A stretch of 64,000 nt of DNA from Gammaproteobacteria bacterium (GTDB taxonomy: Bacteria; Pseudomonadota; Gammaproteobacteria; SZUA-140): the NCBI GenBank assembly GCA_016716465.1, contig JADJWH010000007.1:143427-207426 (forward strand), read 5' to 3'. A program made the position numbers and the translations under genes. Positions 19,801-28,200 of this stretch are shown in pieces. Position 1 is the stretch's first letter. Every line of letters starts with the position of its first letter. Under the pieces are notes generated by a model that was given only the letters and a program-made list of their open reading frames with translations, did not search any database and had not been told where the DNA came from.

Positions 19801-20694
19801 ACCGCCTGGACCACCCTCAGCCGGACGGTGACGCTCAATGCCGGCCAGCAGACCCTGCGCCTGCAGGTCGACAGCGGCAGCTTCAACGTCAACTGGATCG
19901 GTTTCACCTCCGGTTTCTCCAATGCCGCGCCCACCCTGAGCCCAATCGGCAATCAGACGGTGAATGAAGGGCAATTACTTGTCGTGCCGGTCTCGGCCAC
20001 TGACGCCGACGGTCCAGCCCCGCTGAGCCTGAGCCAGACCAGTACGCTGCCCGGCAGCCCGAACATCCTGACCGACAATGGCAACGGCAGCGGCACGCTG
20101 AACTGGACGCCGGCCGCGGGCTCCGCGGCCGGCAGCCCCTATTCGGTCACCGTCACGGCCACCGACGGCGCCGGGACCTCCTCGAGCACCAGCTTCACCG
20201 TGACCGTTCTCCCGGTCAGCTCGCACACGCCTTACGGCGGGAGCGCGTGGCCGATCCCGGGGATCATCGAGGCGGAGAACTACGACCTGGGCGGCTCAGG
20301 CGTGGGCTATTTCGACACCACGGCGGGCAACGCCGGCAATCTCTACCGCAGCGACGGCGTCGACATCTGGGTCGCCTCCGACGTGGATGGCGCCTACATG
20401 GTGGGCCAGACCAGCGCCGGCGAGTGGCTGGACTACACAGTCAACGTGGCAGCCGCCGGCAGCTACACGCTCAATCTGCGGGTGGCGACGGCGGTGAACA
20501 ACAAACGGCTGCGTATCCTGATGAACGGCGCCGACATCACCGGCTCGATCGCGGTGCCCAATACCGGCGGCTGGACCGCCTGGACCACCCTCAGCCGGAC
20601 GGTGACGCTCAATGCCGGCCAGCAGACCCTGCGCCTGCAGGTCGACAGCGGCAGCTTCAACGTCAACTGGATCGGTTTTTCGGGCATTAACTAG
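16894..20694 (+). CDS. Secreted FG-GAP (integrin-alpha-like beta-propeller) protein with two cadherin-like Ig modules and two CBM6 carbohydrate-binding modules
   Basis: Signal peptide (the start could instead be ATG 16930, MNFLPLVARGF...). At least seven FG-GAP repeats (DFNGDGRTDLAIGVPGED-type). Ig modules (PIGNQT..EG..L...V.A.D.DGPAPL.LSQT). CBM6 modules (PYGGSAWPIPGIIEAENYDLGG...NTGGW..W.T....V.LNAGQQTLRLQVD.GSFNVNWIGF). Confidence 0.8.
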   Translation: MVPLIGGYSSVSMNFLPLVARGFSQAVLLAALTLLPLTIPPAAAAANARADFNGDGRTDLAIGVPGEDVGSIIDAGAVRIVYGSGSGAPAAGTEQIWHLDSVGIPGTAQSGDHFGAAIASGDFNRDGYTDLAVGMPNKNGNRGQMLVMYGSGAGLSAAGSQIWDQGVLADDPETDDRFASALVAGDFNRDGYDDLAVGVPGEDYPGIGPPEANPPTPNCDPCVNAGVVNVVYGGPSGLTATRNELWHQDRGVSYDGWVEPQDCFGASLASADFNGDGIDDLAVGVPCENTGGADVPFPNNGAVSVYYGSTGGLTGVGAQYLRQWAEDVVDYPQANDAFGYALAAGDFDGDGRADLAIGVPGEDSGGISDAGGVAVFYGAAGGLIRNELWGTHSPDVIGDPVANAHWGYALAAGDFNHDGRADLAIGAPGDSVSAIIEAGSVSILYGAPTGLSGQSSQLFTQDTPGVDEVAEQVDWFGHTLAATDLDGDGAQDLVIGVPFEDYGFTVDAGAVHLLYGSAGTGISATGSRLLGQDGPGSQDISEAGDQFGGRLVPRLNGAAPWPDEPTNYMMTAPTAVNLTAEGSADWVHWGRASVTAPDRKSGVAPQIGNLFPLGGASPAITNQTSSAYAWSDGAPLATHSGTKSGVRVFSAGNGFQFSVPADTGFRTLKVYVGANAARGQFTASLSDGSAPAYTTAVDRRSGRTSQVITLNYRAASPGQTLTVSYVLNTLYQANLQSWITLESAALRVAGDDRPPMLEPIGNRTLQEGELLSLAVVAVDSDGPAPLSLSQTNTLPGSPNILTDNGNGSGTLNWTPAAGSAAGSPYSVTVTATDGAGTSSSTSFTVTVLPVSSHTPYGGSAWPIPGIIEAENYDLGGSGVGYFDTTAGNAGNLYRSDGVDIWVASDVDGAYMVGQTSAGEWLDYTVNVAAAGSYTLNLRVATAVNNKRLRILMNGADITGSIAVPNTGGWTAWTTLSRTVTLNAGQQTLRLQVDSGSFNVNWIGFTSGFSNAAPTLSPIGNQTVNEGQLLVVPVSATDADGPAPLSLSQTSTLPGSPNILTDNGNGSGTLNWTPAAGSAAGSPYSVTVTATDGAGTSSSTSFTVTVLPVSSHTPYGGSAWPIPGIIEAENYDLGGSGVGYFDTTAGNAGNLYRSDGVDIWVASDVDGAYMVGQTSAGEWLDYTVNVAAAGSYTLNLRVATAVNNKRLRILMNGADITGSIAVPNTGGWTAWTTLSRTVTLNAGQQTLRLQVDSGSFNVNWIGFSGIN
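19237..20678 (+). repeat. Direct tandem duplication with a 774-bp period inside the FG-GAP/CBM6 gene; 636 bp are perfectly identical (19269-19904 equals 20043-20678)
   Basis: Aligned by eye at offset 774. Two mismatches in the first 32 bp, then no differences to the end of the CBM6 module. Each unit encodes a partial Ig module plus a full CBM6. Confidence 0.9.
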
Positions 20695-20847
20695 CTCAAC
20701 TGGATTCAAATCCCCGGAATTTTGCCCGATACTCTCTGCATAGACACAGCCTCAAGAGCGCGTCAATTCCGTGGACAGCACCGGGTTTGGGTCGCGATAG
20801 CTTCGTTGGGGCAGGATCATTTTCGATAATTTAGCGGGACAATCGTG

Positions 20848-21789
20848 ATGTCGACCAATGAGCAGCGGCTGATCTTTCTGGGCGGGGCCCCCCGGTCGGG
20901 AACAACCTTGTTACAGAACATCCTCGATATGCATCCGGATATCCTGGGTGGTCCGGAGTTTCTGCATTTGCCGGATATCCTGCAACTTCGCGGCAAGCTG
21001 CGCGACTCCGTTGCCCGCGGATGGATCGATCTGATCTGCTCAGCGGAGGAGGTCGATGAACGCATGCGTAATCTCATTGGCGGATTTCTGTTGACCTTCG
21101 CCGACAGGCACGGCGCCAAATTGCTCAGCGAGAAGACACCCGAGAATGTCCTGGTCTTTCCCAAATTGGTGGAGTTGTTTCCGGGTTCGAAGTTCATTCA
21201 CATCGTGCGCGATCCACGCGCAACCGTGGCTTCTTTGCTGGAAGTTGGGAAAAAGGCCCGGCGTAAAGGTGAAACCCCGGCGTTGTTCACACGTGACGCA
21301 CAGTCCGCGATCAGGCATGTGCGACGCTGCCTGGATTCCGGCTTTTCGGCCTCCCGTACCGCGCCGGACAAGGTGTATACGCTGGTTTATGAACGATTGA
21401 TCCGGGACCCGGAGGCCGAGGGACGCCAGATCTGCGGTTTCCTCGGTGTGTCATGGGCGCCGGAGATGTTACGGCCCGGCGAGAAGCGCCACATGGGTGA
21501 GAGCGCCATTACCGTCAACTCAAAAGAGATCTGGTATGACGCCAAAACGTACAACTCCAATCCTCAACCGGACAGCCTGGAGAAATGGCGCGAAACGCTG
21601 GCGGCGCACGAAAAGCTGATGATTGCGCGCGCGTTCTCCGATTCAGAGGATTTGAGCCGGCTGGGGTACGATTTCACGCTCAGCGATATGGGGACGATGG
21701 ATCGCGCGCGCGGCGCCGTGGTAACGTGGCTGCGGGGGCTCCGTCGCCGGCTCGGCGGCGGGCTGCGCCGGCTTGCCGGAGATAAATGA
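20848..21789 (+). CDS. Sulfotransferase family protein (Sulfotransfer_3-like)
   Basis: 5'-PSB P-loop LGGAPRSGTTLL near the N-terminus. IVRDPRATVAS 3'-PB-like motif. Confidence 0.8.
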   Translation: MSTNEQRLIFLGGAPRSGTTLLQNILDMHPDILGGPEFLHLPDILQLRGKLRDSVARGWIDLICSAEEVDERMRNLIGGFLLTFADRHGAKLLSEKTPENVLVFPKLVELFPGSKFIHIVRDPRATVASLLEVGKKARRKGETPALFTRDAQSAIRHVRRCLDSGFSASRTAPDKVYTLVYERLIRDPEAEGRQICGFLGVSWAPEMLRPGEKRHMGESAITVNSKEIWYDAKTYNSNPQPDSLEKWRETLAAHEKLMIARAFSDSEDLSRLGYDFTLSDMGTMDRARGAVVTWLRGLRRRLGGGLRRLAGDK

Positions 21790-21797
21790 GCGATGTT

Positions 21798-22205
21798 TCA
21801 GTATTCCGCGTCGATCCCGTATCCACGGCCATCAGTAGGTGCCACGAGGAAGCGGACGTGCATCATTCCACCGTCCTGCAGATGGATCTCGGCATCGACC
21901 TCGACCTTACCTTCGGTGGTCTCTCTTGCATCCGAGATGCTGAACGTCGCGCCTGCGTAGGAATTCAACAATACCTGGCCATAGCCCGGACTTTCCAGCA
22001 GGGACTGACGTTCCTTGCGGAAGTCGGGCGTGATGAACTTGCTCAACTCGGCCGTATTTCCGCTGATCAGGCCGGCCATGTATCCCTCGACCGTTGCGCG
22101 CGCCATGGATTCGGCGGTCGTCATGGGCGCGGCGCCCAGCGCGGGGTGCGCGGTGAAGACCAGGAGTGCCAGGACGGTTGCCGTAAATGGGTGCATCGAT
22201 CTCAT
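21798..22205 (-). CDS. Small secreted/periplasmic hypothetical protein (135 aa), co-oriented with and directly downstream of the giant gene
   Basis: Clean signal peptide MRSMHPFTATVLALLVFTAHPALGA. 38-bp gap to the upstream gene. Confidence 0.5.
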   Translation of the reverse strand: MRSMHPFTATVLALLVFTAHPALGAAPMTTAESMARATVEGYMAGLISGNTAELSKFITPDFRKERQSLLESPGYGQVLLNSYAGATFSISDARETTEGKVEVDAEIHLQDGGMMHVRFLVAPTDGRGYGIDAEY

Positions 22206-22242
22206 GGCTCGTGTGCTCTATGGGTTGAATATCGTCCGGATC

Positions 22243-25200
22243 TCAATTCTTGACCACGATCGCAATGTAATTTGCCGCGGCACCGGTCGCCGCGGCGTTG
22301 GCGCCTCCTAGGAGGATGGTCCCCGACGCATTGTCCTTGCGATAGAGCTTCATCTGCGGCGTGGACGGGTTGCTGGTGTAGATCCGCAATCCGGAATCCA
22401 CGAATCCGGAGGATAGCCAGGAGGGCAGCGTGGCGGCATTGGCATCATACGCCACGTACAGCGTCGCGGGCGCCGGAATGTTGAACGACAGGTAATCGCT
22501 GTTGGCGGCGTTCTTGTCCAGATTGCCGGTCAGTATCCAGCGCCCATGCGCGAGCGCCGCCGGAATCGGGCTGTTGATCGTGTAGGTTTGATCGACATAG
22601 TACGGATCGCCGGGCTCCATCAGGTTTTCTTTGTAGGGAAGCGGGCTTGCGCACGAGCCGCCCTGGGACAAGCGCAGGCACAGGGCGCTGGCGACGAATG
22701 GCGGCGTCGAGTTTCCGGTCAGCGCGTTGGCGATCAGGCGCGCCATGACCTCGTAGCCGAGCGCGTTCGGATGAAGGTTGGTGGCGTACAGGTAGAATTT
22801 GTTCTCGCTGCCGAGGAAATAATCGTACAGATTCGCCCCCAATTGTCGGTCCGTGAGCTCATTGGCGATCACGGCATTGTATCCGTCACGAATCAGCAGA
22901 TTGCGTGCATGATTCGCCGGATCCGCATAGGGCGCCTGGAATGGATCGCCGAACCGGGGCGGCGCCCGGTTGACGACGACGGTTTTTCCCGCGGCGGTGA
23001 GCTGGTTGATAGTTGCCTGCAGATTACCCTTGAAGGTGCCGTTGCACTGGCTGCCGTTGCAGCCGAGGCCACTCGGTGTGAAGAGCGTTCCATTGGCGTC
23101 GTTGACGCCGATGGTTACGATGAATCTGTTGGAATCCGGATAGCCCTCGAGCACCGAGGCGAGCCTGTCGTTCAGCAAGTTGGCCGACGTGTCGCCGGGG
23201 ACGCCGGCGTTGTTCACGAGCGACGGATAGGGTTGTTGCGAGTTGAGCAAATCGGTCAGGGCGGCTTCATAACCCTGTGAGGAGATCACCCAGCCGCCCT
23301 GCGAAATACCGTCGCTGGAAGTGCTGTCGTCCAGCCCGTTGGTGATACTGTCGCCGAACGCCACATGGTTATCGCCACCGGAGCTTATGGAGGTATTGGT
23401 GTCGCTGTCCAGCTGGACATTGAACTGATCGCGCAATACCGCGCTCAATTGATAGACCCCCTGGGCCGGCGCGGTGCAGGAGGCGGTGAACAGGCCGGCA
23501 TGTCCCGTCTCGCTCGCGACGGTACAGGAGTTGAGCAGGCTGTTCAGCTGGAATTCGACCGTGGCTCCGGCGGGCTTGTTCATCACGACGGCGCCCACGT
23601 CGAACGTGGTGCCCGGAGAGACCGAGTAGGACACGGGCGCGGATATCGCGACGGCCGGAACCGTATCATTGTCCTGGATGTAAACATCGTCGAAGGCGCA
23701 CTGGTCGCGGCAGTAGAGTCCCACGGTGCCGCTGCTCAGGCTCGTGTCGTAAGCCCCGAACAGTTTCTCGCCGTTGACGCTGGCGATGACGACCGGTCCC
23801 TGGGCCTTCATGGTGACGTTCAGGGGCGTGCCGGTCAGATAGCCCCTGGCGTTTTTGGCCAGGGTATGGAAGGTGCCTCCGGCGCGGGTTTCGAGCCGTG
23901 CGAAGCCGTTCGCCGCGCTGTACGAGAGACGCGTATAGCTGTTGTCGTTGGGGTTGACGCGGATCATGACACCGATGTCCTGTCCCGAGGCCGCCGTCGG
24001 TAGAGCTTTGACGCTGAATGTGTAGTCGCCGAGCGTTATCCCTGGGACCAGATAGGAATAGGTGCCGCGATGGTATCCGCCCTGCAGGGCGCTTCCATTG
24101 AAGCCGACGAAGTTGTTCTGGCGGTATTCGCCGGCGGTCACGCCCCAATTCGGGTCTTGTCCGGAGTCATTGACGACCTGCCAGTTGGTGGCGAAGCCGC
24201 TGGAGAAATCCTCGGAGTAGGGAAGCGGCAACGCTCCGGCCGCCGTGAAGCTGATCCAGTTGACGTTGAAGCTGCCGTTGTCGATCTGGAGGCGCATCAC
24301 CTTCTGGCCCGCGCTGCCGATGTTGACCGGGATGCTGACGGTCTGCCAGGTGATCCAGCCGCCGGTATTCGGAATGGCGATCGGTCCGGCGATATCGTTG
24401 CCATTCATCAGTACGCGCGCCTGTTTGCCATTGGCCGCGGTCGCCACCCGCAGGTTCAACATGTAGGAGCCGGCGCTTTGCACCTCGACCGTGTATTCCA
24501 GCCACTCACCCGCCTTGGTCGAGCCCACCATATAGGCGCCGCTGACATCGGAAGCATTCCAGATGTCGACGTTGTCGCTCCGGTACAGATTGCCGTCGTT
24601 GCCGACGGTGGCATCCTGGTAAGCGATACCGGGCCCACCGAGGTCGTAGTTCTCCGCCTCTATGACCCCGGGGATCGGCCAGGGCGTGCCGCCATAGGGG
24701 GGCTGCGTGCTGGAAATGACTGTGACCTTGAAGCTCGCGCTGGAGAAGGCGCCGTCGCCATCGGTGGCCGTGACGGTGACCGAGTAGGGACTGCCGGCGG
24801 CCGCGCCCGTGGACGGCGTCCAGTTCAGCGTGCCGGTACCGTTGCCGTTGTCGGTCAGGATGAAGGGGTTGCCGGGCAGGGTGTTGGTCTGGCTCAGGGT
24901 CAGGGGCGCCGGGCCGTCGGTGTCGGAGGCCGAGACCGGCACGACGAGCGGCTGGCCTTCAGTTACGACCTGATTTCCGATGGGACTCAGGGTCGGTGGC
25001 AGGTTGTCGGTCACCGTGACTGTGAAGATCATGCTGGAGAAATGGCCGGCGCCGTCGGTGGCGGTAACGGTGATTGAATAGGGACTCCCGGCGGAGGAGC
25101 CAGCGGGAGGCGTCCAGTCGATGAACCCGTTGCCGCTGCCATAGTCCGTCAGGATGTTCGGGTTGCCGGGCAGGGTGTTGGTCTGGCTCAGGGTCAGGGG

Positions 25201-28200
25201 CGCCGGGCCATCCGTATCAGACGCGGTGACCACCAGGCCCAGCGACTGCCCCTCAGAGATCGCCTGGTTGCCGATCGGACTCAGTACGGGCGCCTGATTC
25301 CCAGCGACCGAAATGGTGAAGCTGGTGCTCGAGGAGGCCCCGGCACCATCGGTGGCCGTGACGGTAACGGAATAAGGGCTGCCGGAGGAGTCCCCTGTTG
25401 CGGGCGTCCAGTTCAGCGTGCCGGTGCCGTTGCCGTTGTCGGTCAGGATATTCGGACTGCCGGGCAGGGTGTTGGTCTGGCTCAGGGTCAGGGGCGCCGG
25501 GCCGTCGGTGTCGGAGGCCGAGACCGGCACGACGAGCGGCTGGCCCTCGGTCACGGTCTGATTGCCGATCGGATTCAGGGTCGGTGGGGCATTGGAGGAC
25601 CCGTCCGAGGTGAAACTGATCCAGTTGACGTTGAAGCTGCCGTTGTCGACCTGCAGGCGCAGGGTCTGCTGTCCGGCATTGAGCGTCACCGTCTTGCTGA
25701 TCGTCTGCCAGGTGGTCCAGCCCCCGGTGTTGGGCACCGTGATCGGACCGGTGATGTCGGCCCCGTTCATCAGAAAGCGCAGCCGCTTGCCGTTCGCCGC
25801 CGTCGCTACCCGCAGATTGAGCGTGTAGCTCCCGGCGGCCGCCACGTTGACCGTGTATCGCATCCATTCGCCTGTGCTGGTCTGGCCCACCATATAGGTG
25901 CCACCGGTGTCACCGGAATTCCAGATGTCGATATCGTCGCTGCGGTACAGGTTGCCGGCATTGCCCGCTGTGGTATCGAAATAGCCCACGTCCGAGCCGC
26001 CCAGATCGTAGTTCTCCGCCTCGATGAGGCCAGGGATCGGCCAGGGGAATCCGCCGTAGGGCGCCTGTCCGTTGGTTTGTATGGTGAACGTCCGACTGAT
26101 GACGGCGCTGTTGTTGTATCCGGTCCGTATCGCGATGGCCTTGACTGTGGTGGTAGCCGTCAAGGTGAATGGCGCCGTGTACAGCGTGGAGGTGGCGTTC
26201 GGCGTACTGCCATCCGTGGTGTAATGGATCGCTGCCCCCGGCGTGGTGCTGGAGAGTTGCACATCGACCGAGTTCTGGAACGTGCCTCCGTCCGGCACGA
26301 AGGCGGGTTCCGCGACGGCCGGCGCGCCGGCCTGCGAGTCGAACACCAGGTAGGCGACCTGCTCGGCTGAGAGATGCGAGCGTTCCACATCCAACTTCTG
26401 GTCTTCGTCGATCGCCACGGCGAGCTGGCTGGGCGAGACGGCGCCGGGTCCGTACTGTACCACCCAGCCGCCGTTGGTCCCTTTCATCCCGGCCTGGCTG
26501 ACGATGGCTATCTCAGGCTGGGTCAGGCCGCTGATCGGGATATTGAATGGCGGGCTGTCCTCGATCCCCTGCGCCACGGCGGAACTGAGTCCGGCCAGCG
26601 CCGTATCTCCATCGAGCGTGCTGATTCCCGCGTTCATGACCACATAGCCGAGCGTTTCCGCGCTGCGGGTCTTGTCGGGGTCTTCGCCGACGTGTTTGCC
26701 TATATAGAGGGTGTTGGTGTTGGGTGGATTCTGCGCCGAGCTGCCACGGCTCCAGAAGGTGGAGAAGTCGGCATCGTTATACGACATGACCTGTCCCAGC
26801 ACGACCGGTTGGGCGTACGAATTGGCGTAGGGCCGTTGCGTACCCACCCAGCTCGACGCATTGTCCGTCCGGTTTGTCCTCAGGCGCAGCGCCTCCAGGT
26901 CCACGCCGTGATGGGCCTGGTTATACACTCCCGCTTCGACCACCAGGTACTGGACGGTGGCCGGCGTGATCGCCGTGCCCGAGTTGTCGGCCCGCTCCAG
27001 CCGGATGTCGAAGCTGGCATGATCGACGGTGAGGTCATCGGCGTTGCGGATCCGGGTGACCACCGGTGGCATGGCGGCATCGGGATATTGCACACTGGTC
27101 AGTACGATTGGCGCGCGATAGGGATGACTCAGATTGATCGTGCGCCAGGCGCCGTCGACGTTGTTGAGTACCCCGCGCTCCAGGTCCAGCGGAGGCTGCC
27201 ACGGCACCAGACTTTCTTCCGCCTTGTAACCATTCAGTACCGCCATCAGTTCGGTGACCTTGGTCGGGTTGGAAGCGGCGAGATTCTGCGTCTCGTAGGG
27301 GTCACTGGCAAGGTTGTACAGTTCGAAGGTGCCGCCGGGCGCGTTCTGCACCAGTTTCCAGTCCTGTCTCCGCACCGCATAATGCGTCTTCCAGAGCGTG
27401 TCGGTGAAGGTGGAGCGGTTCTCGAAGAAAAGATCACGCGCGGGATACTGCGGGCTTTGTCCAAGCAATGTCGGCAGTATGGATCTGCCCTCGATCGGAT
27501 GTTGGATGGTAACGCCCGCGGCCTCGGCGATCGTTGCGTAGAGGTCCATGGTCAAGGCGATTTCCGCGCTTTGGGTGCCGGGCTGGATCCTGCCTGGCCA
27601 CACCGCTGCCATGGGTACGCGGAGGCCGCCCTCGTAGAAATCGAGTTTTCCACCCCGATACGGGCCATTATTGGCGTTATGCAGCAGGTACCCGCCGTTG
27701 TCGGACGTATAAATAATGAGCGTATTGTCGTAGATGCCGTTGTCTTTCAACTCCTGCACGACTTGACCGATGCTGTCGTCGAGGTGTTCGATGAGCGCGA
27801 CAAGCTTCGCCCGCTCGGGGTCAATGCCGGGTTCACGCGCCAGTACCTGATTCAGATAGGATTGCGGCGGCTGCACCGGGTCGTGAGGCGCACTGAAGGC
27901 CAGATACATCATGAACGGCTGGGATGAGCCCGCTCGTTCCTGGATGTAGTCCTTCGCCCATTGAGTCAGCAGGTCGGTCGTATGGATGCCCTGCAGTGAC
28001 GCCGGATCGAGCACCGTGTCATTGAGCATCAGCAGGTTGTCGCCCGGCCATCCATAGCTGGATCCGTCATGTGTGTAATAATCGCCCGCGGCCCCGATGA
28101 ATCCGTGAAAATGGTCGAAACCCCGGTGCGTCGGCAGGTTGTGCGGATCCCCACCCAGGTAGTCACCCAGGTGCCATTTACCAATCAGACCGGTGGTATA

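Noticed and set aside
19689-19952. Recurrent antisense ORFs of 60-100 aa inside every CBM6 module, with a conserved peptide LKLPLSTCRRR.C.PAL...VCQVVQPPVLG. Examples are 19689-19952 (-), 20463-20687 (-), 24245-24466 (+), 25562-25828 (+), 28622-29023 (+), 43524-43823 (+), 44112-44309 (+), 44595-44861 (+), 60666-60896 (+) and 61146-61421 (+)
   Set aside because: They are the reverse-frame translation of the conserved CBM6 C-terminal strands (LNAGQQTLRLQVDNGSFNVNWI). High GC and codon bias keep the antisense frame open. They have no independent RBS or start context, and their conservation is fully explained by the sense-strand domain.
20680-20694. PEP-CTERM sorting signals at the C-termini of the secreted CBM6 proteins
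   Set aside because: I checked the C-termini at 20694, 22243, 43598 and 60362. None has a PEP motif followed by a TM helix and a basic tail.
26374-27927. 517-aa plus-strand ORF antisense to the sulfatase region of the giant gene. The 698-aa plus ORF 43571-45667 antisense to the multi-CBM gene and the 328-aa minus ORF 3199-4185 antisense to the chain-length determinant are similar cases
   Set aside because: These are high-GC antisense frames with no recognisable motifs, while the opposite strand carries strong domain signatures.
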